A DNA stretch of 64,000 nucleotides from an uncultured Pelagibacteraceae bacterium (GTDB lineage Bacteria > Pseudomonadota > Alphaproteobacteria > Pelagibacterales > AG-422-B15). The DNA lies in NCBI GenBank assembly GCA_902525595.1, contig CABZHO010000001.1, forward strand, positions 1,096 through 65,095, written 5' to 3'. Shown piece after piece: positions 50,929-61,402 of the stretch. The notes under the pieces were generated by a model. It worked only from the letters and a program-made list of their open reading frames with translations, ran no database searches and was not told the origin of the DNA. Each line of letters opens with the position of its first letter. Position 1 is the first letter of the stretch. The position numbers were made by a program, and so were the translations under genes.

Positions 50929-52040
50929 GCAATTCCTATAAATTATTAGTGCTACCTGGAGATGGTATTGGGCCTGAGGTCATGAATGAAGTAGTTAAGA
51001 TAGCTAAAGGCATTGAGGAGATAGGTGGAGTTCAATTTAATATTGAAAAGGATGATATTGGTGGAGCTGCTTATGATCGTTATGGTACACCGTTATCAGA
51101 AGAAACACTTGAAAAAGCAAAAAATTCTCATGCCATTTTACTTGGCGCAGTCGGAGGAGAAAAATGGGACAATTTGGATTTCTCTCTTAAACCTGAGCAA
51201 GGTTTATTAAGAATAAGAAAAGAATTAGATTTGTTTGCTAATTTGAGACCTGCACTTTGTTTTAAGTCAATGGTTGAGTCTTCTTCCCTTAAAGCTGAAT
51301 TAGTTTCAGGACTTGATATAATGATCGTCAGAGAGTTAACAGGCGGTATTTATTTTGGAGAACCAAGAGGTATACAAGAACAAGGTGATGGTAGCCGAGT
51401 CGGTATTAATACTCAGTCATACAATACAGAAGAAATTAGAAGAGTCGCACGCATTGCATTTGAACTAGCTAGTAAAAGAGACAACAGAGTCACTTCATGT
51501 GAAAAATCTAATGTTATGGAGTCGGGTATATTATGGAGAGAGGAAGTTACCCACGTGCACAAAAATGAATTTCAGAGTGTACAATTATCCCATATGTACG
51601 CTGACAATTGTGCAATGCAATTAGTACGTAACCCTAAACAATTTGATGTTATTGTAACAGACAATTTATTTGGGGATATCTTGTCAGATGAAGCAGCTAT
51701 GCTAACAGGCTCTCTTGGAATGCTGCCCTCTGCTTCATTAGGGGCGGTTGATAGCAAAAATTTTAGAAAGTCGTTATATGAGCCTGTACATGGTTCTGCG
51801 CCAGACATATCTGGGAAAGGTATAGCTAATCCTATAGCGTCAATCTTGAGTTTCGCTATGTGCTTGAAGTATTCTTTTAATATGGATAAAGAGTCGGATC
51901 TACTTAATAAGTCTGTCAATGATGTTCTTTCTAGTGGTTTTAAAACTGCCGATTTAATGGGTGACAACAATAAAAATCTATCAACTGTTGAAATGGGTGA
52001 CCAAATACTAAATCAACTTAGAAATAATTTTAAATTATGA
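50925..52040 (+). CDS. leuB: 3-isopropylmalate dehydrogenase
   Basis: [38 protein letters not shown] motifs. Confidence 0.97.
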   Translation: MSNSYKLLVLPGDGIGPEVMNEVVKIAKGIEEIGGVQFNIEKDDIGGAAYDRYGTPLSEETLEKAKNSHAILLGAVGGEKWDNLDFSLKPEQGLLRIRKELDLFANLRPALCFKSMVESSSLKAELVSGLDIMIVRELTGGIYFGEPRGIQEQGDGSRVGINTQSYNTEEIRRVARIAFELASKRDNRVTSCEKSNVMESGILWREEVTHVHKNEFQSVQLSHMYADNCAMQLVRNPKQFDVIVTDNLFGDILSDEAAMLTGSLGMLPSASLGAVDSKNFRKSLYEPVHGSAPDISGKGIANPIASILSFAMCLKYSFNMDKESDLLNKSVNDVLSSGFKTADLMGDNNKNLSTVEMGDQILNQLRNNFKL

Positions 52041-53050
52041 ATTTTAATATAGCAATAGTTGGTGCAACAGGAAATGTTGGAAGAGAAATGTTAAGTATTC
52101 TGTCAGAAAAAAAATATGATGCTGCTAAAATTTTTCCAGTAGCATCTAAAAAAAGTGAAGGCATTGAGATTGATTATGGAGATCAGAAGTTGCTAGTTGA
52201 GTCGATAGAAAAATTTGATATTTCAAAAGTTCAAATAGCCCTTTTTTCTGCTGGAGCAAACATATCAAAAGAATGGGCTCCTAAATTTGCAGACAAAGGG
52301 TGTACTGTTATTGATAATTCAAGTTACTTCAGAATGGACAACGATATTCCATTGATTGTTCCTGAAGTCAATTCAGATGAGATAAAGCAATATAAAAAAA
52401 GAAATATCATTGCCAATCCTAACTGCTCTACAATTCAACTAGTGATGGCATTAAAGCCTTTACATGAAATATCAAAAATAAAAAAAGTAATTGTATCAAC
52501 TTATCAATCTGTTTCAGGAGCAGGTAAAGATGGAATGGATGAATTATTTGAGCAAACAAAAGATATGTTTTCTGAAGAAATAAAAGATAATGTTAAATTT
52601 ACAAAACCAATTGCATTCAATGTCATCCCGCATATTGATAAATTTATGGAGGATGGTTATACAAAAGAAGAATTAAAAATGAGACAAGAAACAAATAAGA
52701 TTTTAGATAAAAATATAAGTTTTAGTGCGACTTGCGTAAGAGTACCAGTATTCATTGGTCATTCTGAAGCTGTTCATGTTGAATTTTCAGAAAATGTTAC
52801 AGTTGAAGAAGCTAGAAAAGCAATAAAAAATGCTTCCGGATGTACTTTGTTAGATCAGAGAGAGGATGGTGGTTATGTTACACCAAAAGAATGTGCAGGT
52901 AATGATGATACTTATGTATCAAGAATAAGAGAGGATACATCGACAAAAAATAGTTTATCGATGTGGGTAGTATCTGATAATTTGAGAAAAGGCGCAGCTC
53001 TTAACACAATTCAAATTGCAGAAAAATTAATCGAGGATCACTTAAGCTAA
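52037..53050 (+). CDS. asd: Aspartate-semialdehyde dehydrogenase
   Basis: [31 protein letters not shown] motifs. Confidence 0.97.
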   Translation: MNFNIAIVGATGNVGREMLSILSEKKYDAAKIFPVASKKSEGIEIDYGDQKLLVESIEKFDISKVQIALFSAGANISKEWAPKFADKGCTVIDNSSYFRMDNDIPLIVPEVNSDEIKQYKKRNIIANPNCSTIQLVMALKPLHEISKIKKVIVSTYQSVSGAGKDGMDELFEQTKDMFSEEIKDNVKFTKPIAFNVIPHIDKFMEDGYTKEELKMRQETNKILDKNISFSATCVRVPVFIGHSEAVHVEFSENVTVEEARKAIKNASGCTLLDQREDGGYVTPKECAGNDDTYVSRIREDTSTKNSLSMWVVSDNLRKGAALNTIQIAEKLIEDHLS

Positions 53051-55008
53051 TGAGAAAAGATATAAGAAAACCGAGAAGAAGTGTCCTGTATGTGCCAGGA
53101 TCAAATGATAAGGCGTTAAAGAAAAGTAGCACATTAGATGTGGATGCATTGATTTATGATCTTGAAGACTCTGTTGCACTGTCAGCAAAAGAAAAAGCTA
53201 GAGAAGAAATAATTAAAATTATCAACTCGGGCATCAATAAAAATAAAGAGCAAGTATTGCGTGTTAATTCACTTGAGACTGTCGAGGGTAAAAAAGATTT
53301 GAAAATTCTTGAAAAATGTTCACCTGATGCAATTTTAATACCTAAGGTAAATGAAGCAAAAGATGTGAAATCTTATGAGCAATCTGTCAAACCAAAAAAT
53401 ATTAAAATTTGGGCAATGATGGAAACAGCCTTATCAATTGTCAATGCGTACGATATTGCTAAGTCATCTAAGTTTTTAAAATGTTTTGTGATGGGTACGA
53501 ATGATCTTTCAACAGAACTTGGATTAGAACCAGAGTTGAAAAGAACAGGATTAGTTACAAGCTTTGAAAAATGTATGATGGCGAGTAAAGCATTCAAATT
53601 ATCCATACTAGATGGTGTATTCAATGATATTAGGGATAGTAATGGATTTGAAGAAGAATGCATATACAGTCATGGTTTAGGATTTGATGGCAAAACTCTT
53701 ATTCACCCTGGACAAATACAGATATGTAATAAAATCTTTACCCCTACTCCTGATCAATTAGATAAAGCAAAAAGAATTGTATCAGCATTCGAGGAAGCAA
53801 GGAAAAAAGATCCTAAAATTGGTGTAATAACATTTGAAGGAAGTCAAATTGAGGAATTGCATGTAGCTCATGCGAGACGAATAATTGAAGCAGAGGTTTT
53901 AGTAAACAGTGTAGAGGAAAAAGAGCAATCTCAAATCACACAGACATCTACCAGTAAATATAAAATAGGTAATTTTTTTGAAAACTTTAAAATGGGTCAG
54001 AAAATTGTGCATGCTACACCCAGAACTATAACAGAAGGTGACTGCGCTCTTTATACAGCTTTATATGGATCGAGATACGCACTTCATTCTTCCTCCGAGT
54101 TTGCAAAAGGATTGTCGTTTGAGAAATCGCCTGTTGACGACTTTTTATTATTTAACATTGCCTTCGGAAAAACTGTGCCTGATATATCGTTGAATGCGAT
54201 AGCTAACTTAGGATATGCAGAATGTAAGTTTTTAAAACCTGCCTACCCAGGTGACACAATAAGCTCAACCTCAGAAGTTATTGGAATAAAAGAGAACTCC
54301 AATGGTGAAAATGGAGTTGTATATGTTCATTCAACTGGAACAAATCAGAATGATGAGGTGGTTATTGATTACAAGCGGTGGGTCATGGTCAGAAAGAAGA
54401 ATAAAAAATTAGAAAAAGTTGATCCAAAAATTCCAGATCTAAAATCTGAGTTATCGAGTGAAGATGTGAAGTCAATCGCTGAGAGTTATGAAATCAATTG
54501 TTTAGATTACGACTTCCAAGCTGCAGGATCTGATCTATGCTTTGATGATTACAGTATTAATGAAAAAATTAATCATATAGATGGTATGACAGTTGAAGAA
54601 GCTGAGCATATGATGGCGACAAAACTCTATCAAAATAATGCTAAAGTTCACTTTAATCATTTTATAGAAAAGGGTGGAAGATTTGGAAAAAGAATTGTTT
54701 ATGGAGGTCATGTCATTAGTTTAACTAGAGCGCTCTCTTTTAATGGTTTGTCAAATGCATTTAAAATAATTGCTATCAATGGTGGAACACATGCCTCACC
54801 TTGTTTTGCTGGGACTACAGTTTTTGCTTGGAGTCAAATTCTGGATAAAATTATTATTTCAGAGTCTTTAGGTGCTATAAGAGTTAGAACTAATGGTATT
54901 GGTGATGCTCAGGCTTACCAGTTTCAACATCAAGATATGAATAAAAGATTTGACCAATCAGTTCTTTTAAGTCTTGATTATTGGGCATTGGTACCAAGAA
55001 AAATATAA
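53050..55008 (+). CDS. Fusion of CitE/Mcl family (malyl-CoA thioesterase/lyase-like) and mesaconyl-CoA hydratase-like double hot-dog domains
   Basis: N-half RSVLYVPGS, DLEDSV, GTNDL, GFDGKTLIHP.Q; C-half GNFFENF..GQ.I.HATPRT, NAIANLGYA, YQNNAKVHF, YGGHVIS; single frame. Confidence 0.85.
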   Translation: MRKDIRKPRRSVLYVPGSNDKALKKSSTLDVDALIYDLEDSVALSAKEKAREEIIKIINSGINKNKEQVLRVNSLETVEGKKDLKILEKCSPDAILIPKVNEAKDVKSYEQSVKPKNIKIWAMMETALSIVNAYDIAKSSKFLKCFVMGTNDLSTELGLEPELKRTGLVTSFEKCMMASKAFKLSILDGVFNDIRDSNGFEEECIYSHGLGFDGKTLIHPGQIQICNKIFTPTPDQLDKAKRIVSAFEEARKKDPKIGVITFEGSQIEELHVAHARRIIEAEVLVNSVEEKEQSQITQTSTSKYKIGNFFENFKMGQKIVHATPRTITEGDCALYTALYGSRYALHSSSEFAKGLSFEKSPVDDFLLFNIAFGKTVPDISLNAIANLGYAECKFLKPAYPGDTISSTSEVIGIKENSNGENGVVYVHSTGTNQNDEVVIDYKRWVMVRKKNKKLEKVDPKIPDLKSELSSEDVKSIAESYEINCLDYDFQAAGSDLCFDDYSINEKINHIDGMTVEEAEHMMATKLYQNNAKVHFNHFIEKGGRFGKRIVYGGHVISLTRALSFNGLSNAFKIIAINGGTHASPCFAGTTVFAWSQILDKIIISESLGAIRVRTNGIGDAQAYQFQHQDMNKRFDQSVLLSLDYWALVPRKI

Positions 55009-55054
55009 ATACTATCGTTTAATCTCACACTTTTTGGTATAAATAACTATATTA

Positions 55055-55432
55055 ATGAATAATCCGTTATCACCTCATCTTGAAATCTATAGGTGGCAAA
55101 TCACATCTGTATTATCCATATTGCATCGAATTACTGGTGTTGTCTCTTCATTAGGTGCAGTCATTTTAATTTTATTTTTATTTTCTATTGGTGTTAGTGA
55201 AGAGTTTTTCATGTTTATTAATAACATTTTAAATAATGTATTTTTAAGAACACTTTTAATTGGATTATCTTTCTCATATTTGTTTTATTTTTCTAACTGC
55301 ATAAGACATCTCTTTTGGGACTCAGGCTATGGATTAGACTTAAACACTGCCAAACTGACAGGTTGGTTCACAATTATATTTACTCTCTTGCTCACTGTTA
55401 TATTTTGGCTTTTGATAACCGGGATAATATAG
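55055..55432 (+). CDS. sdhC: Succinate dehydrogenase cytochrome b556 subunit
   Basis: PLSPHL.IY, SILHRITG, IRHL.WD motifs. Confidence 0.93.
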   Translation: MNNPLSPHLEIYRWQITSVLSILHRITGVVSSLGAVILILFLFSIGVSEEFFMFINNILNNVFLRTLLIGLSFSYLFYFSNCIRHLFWDSGYGLDLNTAKLTGWFTIIFTLLLTVIFWLLITGII

Positions 55433-55433
55433 A

Positions 55434-55766
55434 ATGGAATCAGCAAAGAACGCCTGGAAAATCCACAGATGGAGCACCATTCTTTTGATGCCCCTGATCA
55501 TATACCTTTTTTATAAGGTGTATGAGTTTACAAGACTGTCATATGATGGGATTTTAGAGGATTTATCAAGTTCAAGGTCTATTGGGTTTATATTGATTTT
55601 TACGATTTTGGGCCTAATTCATATGAAAGTAGGAGTGAATGAAATTTTAGAGGATTATGTTCACGATGGTTTTTATAGAAAATTATTTCAAACATTAATT
55701 TTTGCATTTTTTTTATTTATATTAATATTTGTATGTCTATCACTCCTTTTAATATTGTTGAGTTAA
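55434..55766 (+). CDS. sdhD: Succinate dehydrogenase membrane anchor
   Basis: W..HR, HM..G...ILEDYVH motifs; position in sdh operon. Confidence 0.88.
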   Translation: MESAKNAWKIHRWSTILLMPLIIYLFYKVYEFTRLSYDGILEDLSSSRSIGFILIFTILGLIHMKVGVNEILEDYVHDGFYRKLFQTLIFAFFLFILIFVCLSLLLILLS

Positions 55767-55769
55767 ATA

Positions 55770-57545
55770 ATGAATTACGAAATTGAATATCATGATTATG
55801 ACGTTGTTGTTGTTGGAGCAGGTGGTTCAGGATTAAGAGCTACAGTTGGAGCCGTTGAAAACGGCTATAAGACTGCTTGTATTTCAAAAGTATTTCCAAC
55901 AAGAAGCCATACGGTCGCTGCTCAAGGCGGTATATCGGCGGCGCTAGGAAATATGGGAGACGATGATTGGCGTTGGCATATGTATGATACAGTTAAAGGC
56001 TCAGATTGGCTTGGTGATCAAGACGCAATTGAATATTTGTGTAAGAATGCGCCCAAAGCAGTTTTAGAATTAGAAGATTATGGGGTTCCATTTAGTCGAA
56101 CTGAAGATGGTAAAATCTATCAGAGAGCTTTTGGTGGAATGACTAAAAATTACGGAGAAGGAACCGCTCAACGAACATGTGCGGCAGCTGACAGAACTGG
56201 TCACGCCATAATACACACATTGTATGGTCAATCACTTAAACATGATGTTGACTATTATATAGAATATTTTGTTCTTGATTTACTCATGGTTAATGGGGAA
56301 TGCAGAGGTGTAGTTGCGTGGTGTTTAGAGGACGGTAAACTGCATGTATTTAACTCAAAACAAACTGTTCTAGCTTCTGGTGGCTATGGAAGAGTTTACT
56401 TTTCTGCAACGTCAGCACATACATGTACTGGCGATGGCAATGCTATGGTATTAAGAGCAGGTCTTCCCCTTCAAGATATGGAATTTGTTCAATTTCATCC
56501 AACAGGTGTTTATGGAGTAGGATGTTTAATTACTGAAGGAGCAAGAGGTGAAGGTGGCTACCTAGTAAACAGTGAAGGTGAGAGATTTATGGAGAGGTAT
56601 GCGCCCTCAGCCAAGGATCTTGCTTCAAGAGACGTTGTCTCTAGATCTATTACAAAGGAAATATTAGAAGGTAGGGGTGTTGGTAAAGAAAAAGATCATG
56701 CATACTTGCACCTTGACCACATTGACTCTAATATTTTAGAGGAGAGACTACCCGGCATATCTGAGTCAGCTAAAGTTTTTGCTGGTGTAGATGTAACTAA
56801 AGAACCAATTCCGATTATACCAACTGTCCATTATAACATGGGTGGAATACCAACCAATTTTCATGGTGAGGTGATGAATTTAGTTAAAGGTGATGAAACG
56901 GTTGTAGAAGGATTAATGGCTGTAGGTGAGGCAGCATGTGTTAGTGTTCATGGGGCAAATAGGCTCGGATCTAATTCTCTCATAGATCTAGTAGTGTTTG
57001 GTAAAGCGGCGGCAGACAGAATAAACGATGTTGTTCCTAAAAATAAACCTAATAAAGAAATACCACAGAGTGTAATTGATGAGGTGATTTCTAGGTTTGA
57101 TGGGACAAGAAATTCAAACGGTGATGTATCCACCGCAGAACTAAGGTCTCAAATGCAAAGAGTAATGCAGAAACATTGTGCAGTCTTTAGAGATGATGAA
57201 ATTATGTCTGAAGGAAAGAAGCTCATTGAGGAAACTTGGTTAAATTCAGAAAATATTAAAATAAAAGATACATCTCTTATTTGGAATACAGATTTATTAG
57301 AAACACTAGAGTATAAAAATTTAATTGCCCAAGCAGTTGTTACTATGAATTCAGCATTAAATAGAAAAGAAAGCCGTGGTGCTCATGCTCGGGAAGACTA
57401 TCAAGAAAGAGATGATAAAAATTGGATGAAACATACTATGTCATGGCTATACAATAATGAGTGCCAATTAGATTATCGATCAGTTCATGAATATACATTA
57501 TCTAATGAAGTTAAGTACATAGAGCCAAAAGCAAGGGTATATTAA
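55770..57545 (+). CDS. sdhA: Succinate dehydrogenase flavoprotein
   Basis: [34 protein letters not shown] motifs. Confidence 0.98.
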   Translation: MNYEIEYHDYDVVVVGAGGSGLRATVGAVENGYKTACISKVFPTRSHTVAAQGGISAALGNMGDDDWRWHMYDTVKGSDWLGDQDAIEYLCKNAPKAVLELEDYGVPFSRTEDGKIYQRAFGGMTKNYGEGTAQRTCAAADRTGHAIIHTLYGQSLKHDVDYYIEYFVLDLLMVNGECRGVVAWCLEDGKLHVFNSKQTVLASGGYGRVYFSATSAHTCTGDGNAMVLRAGLPLQDMEFVQFHPTGVYGVGCLITEGARGEGGYLVNSEGERFMERYAPSAKDLASRDVVSRSITKEILEGRGVGKEKDHAYLHLDHIDSNILEERLPGISESAKVFAGVDVTKEPIPIIPTVHYNMGGIPTNFHGEVMNLVKGDETVVEGLMAVGEAACVSVHGANRLGSNSLIDLVVFGKAAADRINDVVPKNKPNKEIPQSVIDEVISRFDGTRNSNGDVSTAELRSQMQRVMQKHCAVFRDDEIMSEGKKLIEETWLNSENIKIKDTSLIWNTDLLETLEYKNLIAQAVVTMNSALNRKESRGAHAREDYQERDDKNWMKHTMSWLYNNECQLDYRSVHEYTLSNEVKYIEPKARVY

Positions 57546-58321
57546 TGGTTCAATTTAATTTGCCTGATAATTCAAAACTTGTTGAAGGCGATTACTATAA
57601 AACTCCTTCTAAAAGTAATAATATAAAAAACTTTAGAGTTTATCGCTGGTCTCCTGATGATGAAAAAAATCCTAGAGTTGATACTTACGAGGTTGACCTT
57701 AATGACTGTGGCCCAATGGTTCTAGATGCGGTCATGAAAATCAAGAATGAAATAGATACATCACTTACTTTTAGACGATCTTGTCGTGAAGGCATCTGTG
57801 GCTCATGTGCAATGAATATTGATGGAACTAATACACTTGCTTGTACCAAAGCCATTGCTGATGTCAAAGGCGATGTAAAAATATATCCTTTGCCACATAT
57901 GCCTGTAATTAAAGATTTGGTAACTAATTTGAAGAACCTTTATAAACAGTTAAAATCAATTAAGCCATGGCTGATTAAAAAGAGTCGTAATGAATCTAGT
58001 GAAGAGAATATCCAATCTAGGAATGAGCGTGAAAAACTTGATGGTCTTTATGAATGTATTTTATGTGCGTGTTGTTCAACATCATGTCCAAGTTATTGGT
58101 GGAACAGTGACAAATATCTTGGTCCCGCAGTATTACTTCAATCTTACAGGTGGTTACAAGATAGTAGGGACGAAGAGCGTAAAGAAAGATTAAAAGAACT
58201 TGATGATACGTTTAAGGTTTATCGTTGCCATACAATAATGAATTGCACGCAGGCTTGTCCTAAAGGTCTCAATCCCGCAAAAGCAATTGCTGGTATTAAG
58301 CAAATGATTGCTCAGCAATAA
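57545..58321 (+). CDS. sdhB: Succinate dehydrogenase Fe-S subunit
   Basis: [29 protein letters not shown]...CP clusters. Confidence 0.98.
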   Translation: MVQFNLPDNSKLVEGDYYKTPSKSNNIKNFRVYRWSPDDEKNPRVDTYEVDLNDCGPMVLDAVMKIKNEIDTSLTFRRSCREGICGSCAMNIDGTNTLACTKAIADVKGDVKIYPLPHMPVIKDLVTNLKNLYKQLKSIKPWLIKKSRNESSEENIQSRNEREKLDGLYECILCACCSTSCPSYWWNSDKYLGPAVLLQSYRWLQDSRDEERKERLKELDDTFKVYRCHTIMNCTQACPKGLNPAKAIAGIKQMIAQQ

Positions 58322-58322
58322 T

Positions 58323-58403
58323 TTAAATAATAGTTATCTGAAATACAAAGCTTGATAAGAGCAAAGCAATGATTACGGATGCAGCAGTAAAATATAATCT
58401 CAT
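58323..58403 (-). CDS. Putative 26-aa single-TM small protein (absent from the ORF track)
   Basis: Hand translation MRLYFTAASVIIALLLSSFVFQITII; AAGGAG RBS (58411-58416) 7 nt upstream of ATG; stop abuts the sdhB stop. Confidence 0.6.
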   Translation of the reverse strand: MRLYFTAASVIIALLLSSFVFQITII

Positions 58404-58418
58404 ATCACTTCTCCTTCG

Positions 58419-58471
58419 TTGATGGGTAACTTAATTAGGGGGTTTAATGAAAATATGCTGTTACCCATCAA
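58419..58471. repeat. Perfect 12-bp inverted repeat TTGATGGGTAAC / GTTACCCATCAA with 29-nt spacer
   Basis: Arms at 58419-58430 and 58460-58471, read directly. Confidence 0.9.
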
Positions 58472-58545
58472 AATCTATAAAGTGTATATTATTAATTTCA
58501 AAAAATTTAACGCATAGAAGACTGCCAAATTGACAAAATGAAAAA

Positions 58546-58779
58546 TTAGTACTTTTTTTCAATTTTTACGATGAAGCTTCCACCATGCCAACTTGTTTCA
58601 ATATATTGTATTTGATGACTGCTTTCTGACCAGTGAGGAAATTCCTGTCTAATTTTCCCACTTTTGCCTGTAATTATTTCAACTTTAGAAATTCCATCTT
58701 GGTAAGCTGAATAGATAAAATCGGTAAACTCCTCGTAAGCTTCTTCTAACGTAAAACCGTGAAGATCAAGTTTTCTCAT
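58546..58779 (-). CDS. Stand-alone Smr/MutS2 C-terminal domain protein
   Basis: LDLHG.T..EA, IITGKSG, HGGSF.V motifs. Confidence 0.88.
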   Translation of the reverse strand: MRKLDLHGFTLEEAYEEFTDFIYSAYQDGISKVEIITGKSGKIRQEFPHWSESSHQIQYIETSWHGGSFIVKIEKKY

Positions 58780-58828
58780 AATTTTCTAACATTGCCATTA
58801 GCATTAATTAATTTACAATAATCCGCAT

Positions 58829-59836
58829 ATGAAAAATACTTACACGAAGCCTAACCTTAATACTAAATATTTTGACGATTTATTCAACTCACTGCCTTCC
58901 ATGGAAGGCAAAACTGTAGCAATTACAGGTACAACATCCGGATTAGGATTTTATGCCGCTGAATCAGTTGCTAAGCTCGGCGCAAAATTATTGCTACTAA
59001 ATCGCCCTTCAGAAAGGGCAGACTCATCTTTTGCTAAGTTGAGCGATAGTTGCTCTAATGGTGACCTTCACAAAATTGATTGTAACTTACAAAGTTTTGA
59101 GTCAGTAAAATCAGCATTTTCAAAAGTGAGTGAAATGTGCACTGATGGTATCGATGTGTTATGCAATAATGCAGGAGTAATGGCTCTTAAAGACAAAGCT
59201 ACAATTGATGGGTTTGATGTACAAATGCAAACAAATCATCTATCTCATTTTCTTCTAACTAAACTTTGTATGCCCTTACTAGAAAAAGCGTCACAATTAA
59301 GAAACGAAGCAAGAATAGTTAACCATTCTAGTATTGCACGCTTTCAAGCAAAAAAACTGAAAGAAAAATTTCTTGAAAAAAAAGGTGGTAACTTGGGTGG
59401 CGATGGTGGCAATTTGATTTTAGGGGGTGGCCGCTGGGAACGTTATGCCCAGACTAAGCTTGCTAATGCTGCTTTCACTGCATGTTTGCATGAGAAATTG
59501 CAAAAGAGCAACTCAAAAATCAGGGCGATGGTTGCACATCCAGGCCTTGCAGAAAGTGATTTGCAATCTACAACAGTAGAGGACGGTGGGATGGGAAGTT
59601 TTTTCACAAAATATTTAATGAAGTTTGGTCAGTCTGAAAAAGATGGAACTTTGGGACTTCTAAGATGTATTGCGGATCCTAAAATAAATTCAGGCTCTAT
59701 GGTTGGGCCTGGACTAAAAGGAATGAAAGGTAAGGCAAAATCATTCCCTCTTGAACCTTTTTACGACAATCCTACAGTAAAAAATATGCTATGGATCAAA
59801 AGCTGCGAAGCTATTGGTGAAAATTTCGAAATTTAA
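58829..59836 (+). CDS. SDR oxidoreductase (retinol dehydrogenase/WWOX-like subfamily)
   Basis: TGTTSGLG, NNAGVM, QTNHLSHFLLT, YAQTK, AHPG motifs. Confidence 0.88.
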   Translation: MKNTYTKPNLNTKYFDDLFNSLPSMEGKTVAITGTTSGLGFYAAESVAKLGAKLLLLNRPSERADSSFAKLSDSCSNGDLHKIDCNLQSFESVKSAFSKVSEMCTDGIDVLCNNAGVMALKDKATIDGFDVQMQTNHLSHFLLTKLCMPLLEKASQLRNEARIVNHSSIARFQAKKLKEKFLEKKGGNLGGDGGNLILGGGRWERYAQTKLANAAFTACLHEKLQKSNSKIRAMVAHPGLAESDLQSTTVEDGGMGSFFTKYLMKFGQSEKDGTLGLLRCIADPKINSGSMVGPGLKGMKGKAKSFPLEPFYDNPTVKNMLWIKSCEAIGENFEI

Positions 59837-59845
59837 TAAATTTTT

Positions 59846-61339
59846 ATGCAAGTAGTCAATCAGTTTATCGATGGCAAAGAACACATTAGTAAATCAGAGA
59901 GATTTGGTGATATTTATAATCCCGCAAGTGGAGAAAAAATCAAAAAAGTATCATTTTCAAATGAAGACGATGTTGAGTTAGCAATTAAATGTGCTGTTAA
60001 GGCTGGTGAAAAATGGTCCGCTACTCCTCCATTAACCAGATCAAGAGTTCTATTTAAATTTAAGGATTTAATTTTAAGAGACATGCATAAGCTAGCTTTT
60101 GAGTTAACAACCGAGCATGGAAAAATATTATCTGACTCTGTTGGTTCAATTACTCGAGGGATGGAAGTTGTTGAGTTTGCGTGTGGTATTCCTCATTTAC
60201 TTAAAGGAGAATATTCTGAAAATGTAGGTTCGGATATTGACAGCTGGAGTATGAGACAATCTTTAGGAGTGTGTGTGGGTATTTCGCCCTTTAATTTTCC
60301 AGCAATGGTTCCTATGTGGATGTTTGTTATGTCAATAGCTTGTGGCAATTCTTTCATATTAAAGCCAAGTGAGAAAGACCCAACTGTCCCCTATATGTTG
60401 GGAGAATTATTGTCAGAAGCTGGATTACCAGACGGTGTTTTCAATGTTCTAAACGGCGACAAAGAAGTAGTTGATCATCTGATTACTCATCCTCAAGTTG
60501 CATCCGTAAGCTTTGTTGGATCAACTCCAGTAGCAGAGTATATCTATCATACTTCTTCAAAGCATAATAAGCGTGTTCAATCCTTAGGTGGTGCAAAAAA
60601 TCATATGGTTGTTATGCCAGATGCAGATTTAGATCAGGTTGTTGATGGCTTAATTGGAGCGGGATATGGGTCGGCAGGTGAGAGATGTATGGCTCTTTCA
60701 GTAGCTGTAGCCGTTGGTGATGTTGGCGATAAGTTAATTGAAAAGCTGACGCCCCGAGTTCAGGGTCTGAAAGTTGGCCCTGGTACGGATCCTGACGTTG
60801 AAATGGGTCCACTCATTAGTGATGATCACTTATCAAAGGTTAGAAGCTATGTAGACTCTGGGGTTGCAGAGGGTGCTCAACTCATAGTTGATGGGCGATC
60901 AATTTCACTTCAAGGTTATGAAAACGGATATTTTATTGGCGGATGTTTATTTGACCATGTTAAGGATGATATGCGAATATATAATGAGGAAATTTTTGGC
61001 CCTGTTTTATCTGTTGTGCGGCAGCCCACTTTTGATGACGCCCTAAAAATGGTCAATGAGCATGAGTTTGGAAACGGAACAACGATTTATACACGAGATG
61101 GTGATACCGCTAGAGCTTTTTCAAATAAATGTAAAATTGGAATGGTAGGTGTAAATGTTCCAATACCTGTTCCGATGGCTTTTCATAGTTTCGGCGGTTG
61201 GAAGAGATCTTTATTTGGTGACCATGCCATGCACGGTATGGATGGTGTAAGATTTTTTACACGCTTAAAAACGGTAACTTCAAGATGGCCAACAGGTATT
61301 AGAAAAGGTGCTGAGTTCAAAATGCCAACGATGAAGTAA
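59846..61339 (+). CDS. mmsA: CoA-acylating methylmalonate/malonate-semialdehyde dehydrogenase
   Basis: PFNFPAMVP, KPSEKDP, GGAKNH, SAGERCMA, EEIFGPV, GVNVPIPVP motifs. Confidence 0.95.
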   Translation: MQVVNQFIDGKEHISKSERFGDIYNPASGEKIKKVSFSNEDDVELAIKCAVKAGEKWSATPPLTRSRVLFKFKDLILRDMHKLAFELTTEHGKILSDSVGSITRGMEVVEFACGIPHLLKGEYSENVGSDIDSWSMRQSLGVCVGISPFNFPAMVPMWMFVMSIACGNSFILKPSEKDPTVPYMLGELLSEAGLPDGVFNVLNGDKEVVDHLITHPQVASVSFVGSTPVAEYIYHTSSKHNKRVQSLGGAKNHMVVMPDADLDQVVDGLIGAGYGSAGERCMALSVAVAVGDVGDKLIEKLTPRVQGLKVGPGTDPDVEMGPLISDDHLSKVRSYVDSGVAEGAQLIVDGRSISLQGYENGYFIGGCLFDHVKDDMRIYNEEIFGPVLSVVRQPTFDDALKMVNEHEFGNGTTIYTRDGDTARAFSNKCKIGMVGVNVPIPVPMAFHSFGGWKRSLFGDHAMHGMDGVRFFTRLKTVTSRWPTGIRKGAEFKMPTMK

Positions 61340-61402
61340 ATAATTAAAACTTATCTTGATTTTAACTACTATCTAGATAATTTACCGATTAACAAAATCA
61401 CA

